Notes under the pieces: model-generated
Database searches by the model: none
The model's input: only the letters and a program-made list of their open reading frames with translations
Told to the model about the DNA's origin: nothing
Assembly (NCBI GenBank): GCA_000320545.1
Contig: ADNK01002290.1
Coordinates: 1 to 64,000, forward strand
DNA from: Bigelowiella natans CCMP2755
Lineage: Eukaryota; Protista; Cercozoa
DNA length: 64,000 bases
Reading direction: 5' to 3'
Made by a program: the position numbers and the translations under genes
Shown here: piece by piece, positions 53,037-64,000 of the stretch
How positions within the stretch are numbered: position 1 is the stretch's first letter
Layout of the letters: the number at the start of each line of letters is the position of its first letter

Positions 53037-54123
53037 CTGCACATCTATTCATCCATGTAGGTAGTTAGTACGTGTGTGGTACCTACTGCTTGCTACTTCT
53101 GCCTACCACTCCTACTGTAAAAATCAGTGTTGATTCCAGGAGGGGGGAGAGGGGTATGAGAAGGGAGGATATTCTCCTCCTCCTCCTCCTCCTCGTTTAT
53201 TCTCGTCACAGTTCATTTATAGTGCATTGAATTTCCAATGGTAGGTTCCAATCATTGCCTATCTACTCCATTCTCGATCGTAATGAAACAAGAATGCGGT
53301 TTTTAAAGTACACACCAGAGCACATGCACTGCATTGGTAACTGCAACATAATAACGACAACAACAACAACAACAACAACGAACTCCTATCATCCACTTAT
53401 AAACATCCGTGCAAATATGTATACATTACGTACACACTCGTCATTGGGTTATAGAATTATTTTTACTTGCTTGGTAAAAGTGAGCAGCCATGTCCTCGCT
53501 GTCATCATTTTCATCATCATTATCATCATCATCGTCGTCATCTTCATTTGTCATTATTGCTCACGATTGATGAACGAGATCTTTGCTAATCTTCTAATAT
53601 TGATATGATCGATCAACACACATGAAGGAACATTCTATGGCCCTCTGACCATGCCCAACATCGGTTTCTGTGCATTTCAACGTGCAGGTGGTAGTATGTG
53701 TGTGTGTGTTATTATCTCCAAAGCATCATTTGTTTTGAGGTCAAAATCGCCACTGTCTATCATGTATCATGGTAGTTGTAAATAGTAGTAGTATCAGTAC
53801 AAGTAGTAAGTAGCTGTTGTAGTAGTTGTTGCTGTCGTAATCGTCATGAAGTGATATTTATTGGTGGCATGATGATCAAATAGGCAGTGGGCAAGCATCC
53901 TTCCGCATATGTGCGACAGGTGTGGTGTTGGAGCAAGGGAAGTCCTTCACCATCGTCAAGAAACTTAAGCTAACAGGTACTAGCAGGAGGATAGTGTTAT
54001 TATTTGTATATTATTTCTATGGATTGTCTTCTGTTGTGCTGCTGGTGCTGGTGGTGGTGGTAATCTGTGCTCCAACTCTCCTTGCCAAACATCACACCAA
54101 CAACATCCACAATAAGTAGTCGT

Positions 54124-54158
<35 letters not shown>

Positions 54159-54263
54159 CCACTACTTGTCTCTTAGTAATAATCTAGTAGTCGTAATAAA
54201 TAGTGCGTGTCAAATGCTGTTGTTGTTGTTGTTGTTGTTGTTGTCCTGCTTTCCTGTGGCCTA

Positions 54264-54295
<32 letters not shown>

Positions 54296-54418
54296 CACTG
54301 ATTTGTTCTCTGTTTCTCCAACGACGTCTCTCGTAAATTACAAACCCATTACGGGTTATTGTTAGATACACCATTGCTTTTGAATACGCACACACACATT
54401 CACACACACAAATATATG

Positions 54419-54451
<33 letters not shown>

Positions 54452-55356
54452 GAGCTCCTTACAAAATCCATAAGAATACTGCCTTTATCCGTAACATGTT
54501 TAGGTAATGGAATATATAATAATCAATCACACCAAATTGATCATGAACCTCCTCCTAGTCCACACAACAGTTGTGCATGCATTGTATGATGAGGATGATG
54601 ATTATGATGATGATGATGATGATGATAGGGGCGATCTTGTATTCCATGAAAAATACACCACCACCAGCAGCAGCAGCAGCAGCACCACCGAATGATGCAG
54701 CCACGGAGAACACATAACATTATCTACTTGTAACTATTATTACTGCTGTATGTAGTAATTATCACCTCATTTACTACTTCCCCTTTTTCTCTCATTGATT
54801 GATTTATTATTCGTCGTTGCTGGTCGTGAGCAGCTCTTCTTTAGAGGCTGCCAAGTTTGTGGGGGCAGCAATCAAAACGGTTGGTTAATCACTATCATCA
54901 TCATAATCATGATCTATCATTTTAAGGTAACAGTTAGTATCTGATGAGGCATATACTGTTGTTCTTATTCAGGTGAGTGGCATCCGAGGGCAGATTAAGA
55001 AACCTGTTACGAACTCCGGGACTGCTTCTAGTGGTAGTAGTAGTAGTAGACGATGGATAGATGGATATATCGAGTATCACCAGTAGTAATACGTGTTAGC
55101 AGTAGAAAGAAGGGCTACCAATAATATAATAGACATGATTTAATTGCACGTGGATGATGAGTAAGTAATAATATTAATTAATAAAGGGGGGGCTGGACCA
55201 GATGGTGCATATAGGGCCACTTTCGAGGATAGGATCAAAATGTCAGATATCGTCTTCTTAAGGTTGGGGTGGGGGTAGTGGTAGTGGTTGTTCTGCACGA
55301 AGGAGGATATGGTAGTAGTAGTAGTAGTAGTAGTAGTAGTATCGCAGAAGGATGAA

Positions 55357-55392
<36 letters not shown>

Positions 55393-55883
55393 ATGTGATG
55401 ATCGGTATTATTGCCTCAGTAGTACAACGCACATAATCTTGTGTTTACTTCATATGTCATCAGGACATGGACGCGTGTAGAGCCAGAAAGGTAGAAGTAG
55501 GAGTAGTAGTAGTTGATGAGAGGATGCTCTCTCTCACATAAGTATCCGCACTATCAGCATCATCACTCATCACCATCATCATTATTATCATCCATTGTCG
55601 TTAGTTACTACAATATTGATTTACTAGTGATACACTGATGATGCTCAACCTTGCTTCTTCATCAGTCTGTACTACAACTACTACTACTTCTGCTACTACT
55701 GCTGGTGCTGCTGCTTATTGCTATTATTATTCTCTTTAAAGGTTTTACAATCCAGTAACCTCATTATTGGAGAAGTCTCATGATAGCTGGAACGGTGTGC
55801 GGACCATTCGTGATATTCGTCGGCAAGATAGAATACCAATTCCAACACGGAAGGTGAGTCAGTGAGTGATAATAATAATAATA

Positions 55884-55919
<36 letters not shown>

Positions 55920-56712
55920 GCAGCAGATATTTAATTTATTACATCATTCTGTGCGTATGTGTGTAGTATGTATATGATCGCGCGTGTAAATGTGTGCTCG
56001 CCGTGAATCCCTTCGTTCATTCATATATTCTTATATCAATTCATTCGTTTCTTGTTGTTGTTCTTGTTGTTATTGAATATGTTGGCACAGGATTCTGAAT
56101 ACAAGCCTATTCAACGTTCAGCAGTCAAGTTCGCACCTTTGAGGATTCCAAAGAAGATTCTGGTGATTGTTCGTTGCTGCTGATGGTGGTGGTGATAATA
56201 GTCGTGATGTGGATACGAACGACATTCTACTATGGCAAAACTGATGATAGAAGATAAAAGAGGAGAGGACTTTGACATGTGCTGTTCCAATGAATGAGGA
56301 GGAGGAGAAGAAGAAGAAACTCTATACGAACTACTGCATGTAAGAGGGCAGAGGGGTGGTTCTTTTTGCTCCAAACCCAGTTGCAATTATATCATTTCAT
56401 TGAATGATTGCACTTTTTCTCTCGTCGTCATCAATCAGGCGGAACTTCCCTTTAAGTCGAAACCTAAGCTGGAGAGAAAACATAAGAACAAAACCATGGA
56501 GCAGCGACGAAAGGTCCTACTTTCGTAAAAATTGGTGTTTCATTTCGTCGTTAGGAGCTATGGTAATCATCTTATGAGTTGTTTTGTTGATCCGATATAC
56601 TTTGGAAAGGTTGTGATGGAACCCCAAGAGAAAAAGGCATACTCGTTGATACAGGTACTGCAACTAGTAGTAGAGAAGCAGTAGCAGTAGTCTTCAATAT
56701 ATTCGTTATAAA

Positions 56713-56746
<34 letters not shown>

Positions 56747-57276
56747 GTGATGGTGATGATGGTCGTGAGGCATCGATACAATTTGCAATATTGCTATACT
56801 TTCAATCTTAAGAATGCCAATATAATCAACAACACAGTATCAGGCTAGTAAGACTTACTTGAATATCCCGCTAGAAAAAACGAAACCGCCTCCTGCCTTC
56901 TCTCCCTCTCTCTCTCTTGCTATTTTGTTTCCTTGTCCCTCTCTGATGAATATATTCTGAATTAAATTAAAAGGCTTTGAATACTCTTCGCAACGAACGG
57001 GCGAAGACTCGGAAGATAGCTGAAACTGAGAGAAAAATGTCGTTTGATGACAACCTTATACTATAAATTATGTGCACATCAAATACGTATGTACTAAGTA
57101 TTACTTAAAAAATAATCAGGAAGCGCGACAAGAGGCTTGCAAAGGAGAACGAAAAGTTAGAGCTGAAAAGGAAAGAGAAGAGAAAAGCAAGATATGTCTC
57201 ACAGGCAAACGAGAAGGCTAAACGGCAACGAATGGCAGAGAAACGTTCTAAAGGCGGTCGTTCAACAGATGATTAG
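41512..57276 (+). CDS. BMS1: Ribosome biogenesis GTPase BMS1, split into dozens of small exons
   Basis: Segments include [182 protein letters not shown] and LPFKSKPK. Stop TAG at 57274-57276. In-frame upstream ATGs exist at 41494 and 41503. Confidence 0.96.
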
Positions 57277-57399
57277 TAATACAAGCAACTTTATGATGAT
57301 CGATAGGAGTGTGGTTGTCGTGACTAGATGCACGGTAATTGCCTGAGAATTTATGAGAAGAGTCTTCAACTCCTTATAAGACACTCCATGTCAATCACA

Positions 57400-58440
57400 A
57401 TGAATGCTACGCTGTGCATGTACATGTTTAGGATGAGAAATGATCGCATAGTTTAGATACTAGAGATGGTGCATGGCAACACGTTGTACATGCTAGCATG
57501 TACGCATGATGCATTGTTAAGTCTAAATTGTGTAGGCTAGTCTACTAGCGTCGAGTGACATTTTGCTGTCATCAGTCACGTGCTCTAGATTGTCTGAACA
57601 CTGTGAATCTAGCGACATCTACACTCCTAAATCATGAGCCACATCATTGCATGAAATCATTGAACACCATGCTAGCGTGCTTGCTAGCTAGCGTGCCCTA
57701 CTAGCCTCACTCAAACAAGCCACACCAGTCACATGATTTGAACAAAGGCAGTTCTTGATGAAGTCTAGCTTCAGTGCATGCTAGCATGCTAGCATGTGAC
57801 AAGGGAATGCGCCTGCGCGCGCATGGCATGCGCGTTTCATACGCACGTGTCGTGCACTGCTGACATGAATCACGCATGCACGCGCAGGCAGCAACAAGCT
57901 AGCCAGGCGCAAGAAGGTGTGCGGAGGGGTGTATAATCATGTGTAATTTCATTTCAATCATGCATGCGCTAGCATGTACGTGCATGCATGTCTTGATGAT
58001 GTGTAAGACATGTCTAGATGTCTAGCAGCTAGCTAGCACTAGGTCTAAAGGCGTGGTGCATGTTGCATGCGCGCTGCATCGCATGTAAGAAAGAGGTAAT
58101 GAAATGATTGCATTTTTCAATTGTCATTCTGATGTAGCTACACAGACAAATAATACAAAGCGGCGGCTACAGATGAACACAGCGCTCTTAGTGTGTTTGT
58201 TCTTTTCTGCAATGGCAACAATGATCGATGTGCTGCATGCTGGCAAAAGATTCGCACTATTCGCACTACTGCATGTCTAGATACACAGAGGTGACGTGTG
58301 ACGTAGCCGGCGCATGCAGGCTTAATGCAAGCACAAAGTAATGCAAGCTAAGGCGGATTCTTTCAGCTAGTCACGGTGCATGAACATTGAGATTCATGCA
58401 TCCTAGCCAGTACAAGCACATCTCTGATCTTGCTGCTACA
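57400..58440. other. Partially TpA-depleted, CTAG-rich island 6 (spacer between convergent genes)
   Basis: catgctagcatg, gctagctagc and tctagatgtctagcagctagctagcactag occur on a TG/CA-rich background with CpG retained. Confidence 0.7.
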
Positions 58441-58469
58441 TCGCCTTCCTTTCCTCTCCTTTTCTCCGT

Positions 58470-59517
58470 TTAGTTAACAATGTGCACAAAAAAAGAGATG
58501 TTCGACCCCAATCTGAGCACATTTGTGGTTATGGAGATTCAGCAATATGAGCACCAGACTTAACAATTTCTAGTTGTCTACCCTGCTGCTGCTGCTGCTG
58601 CAACACATCATAAATCTTCGTATCTACCAACTAACCTAGTCTCAGCCAGAGTTAAGCCATAGTTTTTCCATTCTTTGCGCGGAAAATTGGACACCTTTGT
58701 TAAACCATCATCATTCTCATCATCGAACCATGATTTAGGTATATCATATTATAATTGCTGCCAACAAACATGTAATGATGAGAAGGTGATTAGGCAAATC
58801 CTTTGCTGCGACTAAAGAAATAATCCTTCAAGTGGGGATGTTAAATACGAACTAGCGTCAGTACCAGTTCAAAGTGATCGGTCGCAAAACAGCCTTGTTC
58901 TCCTTCTTCTCGTTGTCCTTGTTGTTGGACGTATTTACGTATGATTTGAATCGTGTCATCCTTTCGGAATCTGCGAACCAACCTTTTACCGGAAGGCAGT
59001 CTAATCTGTGAGATTAGTAGTACAATCAAATTATATCTTGTCATAATTTTCTCCATTGATGTAGTATTAGCAATTAGAGAAGCACAACATAGATGCTGAT
59101 GAGGAGGAGGAAGAGGAGGACAAACAACGACGATATTAAGACAAGGTACTACGTAACAGCTGACCGTGTCTGACACGGGAAACAACTCAAAACCATAGCT
59201 GTTTCACGATAAAAACGCACACAGTAGTCCTTCTTTATTATTAGGGGAAAGATATTGCTGCTACTGCTGCTACTAGTACTAAATACTACTACCATGCACG
59301 TGCAGGTGTCAGGTCCTTTCTCAGGTTCCATCGGTAGTTGTATCGTTGATGATGATTTCCTTTCTTCTTTACTTTCTGTAACTAACAACCAATCAACCGT
59401 TTATCTATCAAAGCAGCAGCAGCAGTAGGCAGCAGTACCTCTTAAAGTATGAGGCATATGCATGTATATTGTTGTCAAGTTAGTTCTGATCCTTACAGTG
59501 AATGTAATAATCTTTAT

Positions 59518-59556
<39 letters not shown>

Positions 59557-62050
59557 CTTGTGAAGTGATGATGGATGTCCATGCACCGCTGCTTTTCTTG
59601 ACATCATCGATGTTTGCTGCTTTTCTCCTATTATTGTGTGTGGTAGCAGGGGATGATGCACTTGCTGCTGTTGCCGAGTTAAGCTGTTCCTTCATCGAAT
59701 CATCATCCATCAATGACTTTTGCTCTCCACCCCCATCACTTTTTCCTCCTTTAATCTTAGCAGTACTATCTTGTTGCATTTCTTGTTTTTCTTCTTCATT
59801 GTCTTTTTTGTCGCTGCTCTGCTCACTAGCTTCCCTTTCACGTCGTATATCTTCCTCTAGTGTACTGTCACCATAACGAAGATCAACACAACGACAATAA
59901 CGACGATGAGAATAGTGATGAACATCTAATGGTTGCAAGATGATCATGATGATGATAATGATGATGATGATGACAACAATGATAAAGAGGAGGAGGAAGG
60001 GAGAGGGAGAGGGAGAGCATGAAGAAAGTACCGTTTATATTCCTCATCTTGCTGAATTCGCAGTGCGGTAGACGCTGATACTATGTGCCCCTGGTTTGTA
60101 CAGAATAATGATGAGGAATACTGATGAGACAACAACAACTGAGATTGATTGTTGTTCCCAATACTGCTACTCCTACTATTACTAAATCAACACCCACACT
60201 ACTACTACGCACACGTCAGTACTGAGCTTGCTTTCTTCACCACCTCATTGCCGGAGTTCTCTTGGTATATTCCTGCCTCGATTGCACTCTGGCGCAGTAC
60301 CTTGATCAACATAGAAAACATCATCATCGTGACAACTTCTCCCCCCCTCCCTTATTTTCCTCACTCATCAACATCATCATCATCACCATATACCTGTTGC
60401 AGCATTGCCTCTTCCACATCATCATCAACATCATCATCATCATCACCATACACCTGTTGCAGCATTGCCTCTTCCACATCATCATTCGATGGGTTACTGA
60501 ATAGGAGGAGGGTAACAACAAACGATACATAATAACGGAAATTTAATAAAACAAAATAAAGAAATAATAAAAATAATAAAAGTGAATGAAGCACCTTATT
60601 ATGCCATATATATTATGTAAAAATTATACACACACTGGCTAGTAAAGTGACTAAGTGACGACTACACAGAATACGAATGGTATTAAAGGAGCACCACCAT
60701 CACCTTATTCCTCCTCCTCCTCCAGTACTAGCCCCTCCCATGGTGCTGCTGTTGTTATTGGTTGGAGGGGGCCCTCCAGAATAGCGAAAGAGGCCGGAGG
60801 ATACTATTCGAGACCCTGTATTTGGAAGAGGCACCTCACCTGATGATAGTGATGATGATGATGATGATAATGAGGAGGAGGATGGATAAGTGATGATGAC
60901 GAGGAGGAAGATAATAAGACATATTCTTATAGGTGCTACTACTGTTCGATGATGATCCATTATTCATGTAATCTGTTAATATCTTCACACCATCCAGGGA
61001 AGGAGGAGGAGGAGGAGGAGGAGGAGGAGGAGGAGAGGAATACTACGTCTACTACTACTACTACCAGCGTACTACTACCTGTTGATATAGCCCGCTGTAA
61101 TGCTGCTGTCCATCGGTCCTTTGATAGATAGATAGATAAATCATCATAGGATTAGATTCTTTCCAGCAACATCGTGTCATTACTCCTTGTCTTCTTATTC
61201 AATTAACCTGCTAATACAACTACTACTATTACTACTACTAGCTACGTTCATTGGCCCTTAGATAGTGCATGGTGATAAGTTCAGACCCCCCCGCCCCCAT
61301 TCTCTCTCTCGCTCTTGTGTTATTTACCTACTTATACGATAAACTACTATAAGGAGATTATGACGTTTTACTGCTACTACTAAATCTATGATATACCCTA
61401 ATGCATAATCACCTCAAACGACGACGACGACGCCAACAACGACGGCAACGTTCTACTAAGCTACTACCACTACCACTACTACTACCTTTGCATGACGGGT
61501 GGGGATTCTAAATGCAAAAGTTGAGGAGGAGGAGGAGGCTGCTGCTGTCTCTATTTCAAATCCAAATGGTCTACATGTGCCCCATTTTAATCAATATTGA
61601 AGATAAACCACAAATTATAAGACGTATTCGTATGGAACAATAAAGAACTAGATACTACATAGTAAAATCAACACAGAGCACCTTCTTCTTCTTCTTCTTC
61701 TTCTTACTACTACATACTTCTACTAGTACTAACCCCAATTGGCTGGTCCATGTAGGATCAGATACCACACGGCATCCAATCAACTCGATCTTCTCGGTTG
61801 GACTAACACGTCGTCGTTGTCGTAAACACCATCATCAGCATATACACAACACTGTTAGGTGCATGCACAGGCCATTAATGGGATGATCGATTGCTTACCA
61901 CGTGGAAAAGAAGGAGTAGTAGTATCATCCGTAATATTAGTAGTGCTACGGTATTATTATTACTACCTATCGTAATTCTGCCTTGACTTGAAGGTGTACA
62001 GGTACGGATGCCGAAGTACGAGCCTTGCCATCATATATCATTCATTCATC

Positions 62051-62087
<37 letters not shown>

Positions 62088-62700
62088 TTTAATGTGCTGC
62101 TGTGCAGACGGCCTCAATAGAATCGCATTGGTGAGGATTTTCAAGCCATACTCCTTCCTTCCTTCTCCCCGCTCTGCTTTCATGTGCTGCTGCTGTGAGG
62201 TAAAAAGACGACAGCATCACACACACACACACACTCGCACACACCATCTATGCCGCCAGGATCGTAGATATCGACTTTGTTTCTCCACCCAGCCTGTAAT
62301 CGATCGATTATCATCATCATCATCATCATCATCATCATTAGCATAATGATCAATACAAAATTCGTCGGTAACAAACGCAGAACCATGATTATGGGATTTT
62401 TTGGGAAGGGGATGATGAAGAAAGTCATCTACTTTGCAACCTTCGAGTTGCACTGATTTCGAATCAAGAGAGCCATCTTCTATATTTGCTGAATCTCCGC
62501 CTACATTGTTCTGCAGCAATAACGAAGACCTTTAGGAATGAATAGATAATGGTCCACGTTTTTCACCACAATCATCATCATCACCATCGTTTTCATCATC
62601 ATCTTCGTCACTTAGTAAAGGTGGTATATATTTGTTCTTTTTCTTTGCCTTTCTATCATCGTTGGTTCCATAGTCAAGCTGATTATCAGAGTAATGAACA
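58470..62700 (-). CDS. PH domain + UIM-like motif + UBX domain protein (p97/Cdc48 adaptor-like), multi-exon
   Basis: PH: ITGWVEKQSRYLRSWRHRW-LVLRHPYLYTFK, PTEKIELIGCRV, PFGFEIET, DRWTAALQRAI. UIM-like: EEAMLQQ-VLRQSAIE. A coiled coil reads LRIQQDEEYKR. UBX: LPMEPEKG, IRLPSGKRLVRRFRKDDTIQII, VSNFPRK, LTLAETRLGSNISFFVHIVN-TAA (58470). The start is unresolved (about 62700-62930). Confidence 0.8.
60366..60485 (-). repeat. 60-bp tandem duplication spanning an exon/intron junction
   Basis: catcaccata(t/c)acctgttgcagcattgcctcttccacatcatca occurs at 60381 and again at 60441. Confidence 0.9.
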
Positions 62701-62924
62701 GAAAGATGTGGTATCAGGTGATTTTAGGCTTCGGATTCCTCCCGCATGCACAACCAACAAATATTCCTTAATTGATGATGACGAAGAAAACAAAAGTCTC
62801 TGCTACCTTTCGTGGTTTTCCTAGCGCCGCCCAAGTGTCAACGTTCCCAGACTAAAGTGAATCACCAAAATCCGCACCTCAGCGAATCAATAAATTCTGG
62901 ACAATTTTTTTTTCAAATATCACC

Positions 62925-63203
62925 ATGGCAGGTAGCTCTCTTCTCCGGGTAAGCTTGATACACTGCTGTATGTTTTTATGCTGGTTTAGTCACGCGGTGC
63001 TGGGTTAATGCTTGATGGTATTGTCCGTTCTTACTAAACAATATGCAAAGATTGCGTTCTATCATTACAACGTATGAGCTTTATGAATTTAATTCTTGTA
63101 AAATGTTCATGTTCTGCAGGAAGTTAAAGAGATTCATAATGATATTTAAACACACACATACGCACACGTACACGCACACACACACACGCGCGCACACGCA
63201 CAC

Positions 63204-63243
<40 letters not shown>

Positions 63244-63721
63244 GCATGTGATGAAGCCAACGAAATTTCCGTATTTTCAACTATCTGGACTGTTAGTTCG
63301 GTTTGACGGTATAAAAATGACCTCGACTATTCACCTCTTTGTCGTAAGTTATTCAAGATTTGGTTTCCAGGGAATTAATGGAATTTTGTGTGGTCAAGAG
63401 TTCCTGCTGCTTCCGGAAAATTTGACGGCAGACGCTGTCAATTTGAGGTTAAATGAGCGACAAAATCAAGTTGAGATCTCACCAAATTACGAAACAATGT
63501 TGTCGATAGTAAAAAGAAGTATCATTAGGGATGGAAGTGACTATGATTATGAGATTACTCGCGCCTCGTGCAGGGCTTTGAGGGAGGAATCCTTCCCCGA
63601 GGGAGCGTCAACCGATTATGTGAGAAGCAACAAGGCACGTAATGTAGTAATCATTGGATCCATAGACCGACAAATGCAGGACATTTTTTTGCTTAATTTA
63701 TTTCCTTTCTTTGTCGTATGA
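62925..63721 (+). CDS. Hypothetical protein, probably continuing toward the window edge
   Basis: CACC ATG GCA G|GT at 62925 and the 157-aa ORF 63248..63721 that follows a (TA)n-TAG acceptor. No family is recognised. Confidence 0.3.
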
Positions 63722-64000
63722 CATCAATGGAAGATGACATTGAAGGTGAAGAAAGAGACATTCGCACTTCGAAATTGTAGTCAGAGTCAGCTTCACAACA
63801 CAGGACAGTCAAAAATGATTAAACGAATAAAAACCTTTGCTCTCCTCGAACGACTTGATCTAAACGAGTAATTTTGTTTTTTTCTTCGAACCAAAAACCA
63901 TATCGAACTATACTGATCATTCTGAAAGGCACAACTTCTACGCAGGACATTTTCCTACTACCTTTTGGAAGTGCGACATGCAGAGCATTTTGATGACGAT

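Noticed and set aside
43352-56788. Many poly-Y/I/M/H/L/V ORFs on both strands inside BMS1
   Set aside because: These are translations of intronic microsatellites.
149-58440. Classical RIP or CpG-methylation decay as the cause of the TG/CA-rich islands
   Set aside because: RIP increases TpA, and 5mC deamination depletes CpG. Here TpA is lost and CpG remains common (e.g. gtcgtcgcgc at 32251, tgcgcgcgac at 33091).

Overview
This is the left end of a eukaryotic nuclear chromosome. It opens with a (CCCTAA)n telomere and continues as an intron-rich, gene-dense region. The style resembles a protist such as a chlorarachniophyte, but that is inference and the taxon cannot be proven from the sequence. 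Hand-spliced gene calls, in order: a Cbl-TKB-like EF/SH2 adaptor (-), an RME-8/DNAJC13-like armadillo protein lacking its J-domain (+), NELF-B/COBRA1 (-), an Hrq1 helicase (+), an RsmE-family methyltransferase (-), two hypothetical genes, a PPR protein (-), BMS1 (+), a PH-UIM-UBX protein (-) and a hypothetical gene near the right edge (+). The most striking signal is not a gene. Six intergenic islands have lost much or nearly all of their TpA dinucleotides: none in 149-1499, and 8 in 30916-33582, of which 7 are CTAG (manual counts). They are rich in TpG and CpA, keep CpG, and spare or accumulate CTAG. Old telomere units beside the intact array read CCCTGA and CCCCAA, which indicates the direction TA->TG/CA (A:T->G:C), the reverse of fungal RIP. 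The islands sit mostly between convergent 3' ends, while introns and divergent promoters stay TA-rich. This points to a targeted, context-specific hypermutation process acting on untranscribed DNA. Exon boundaries and counts were read by eye and are approximate.
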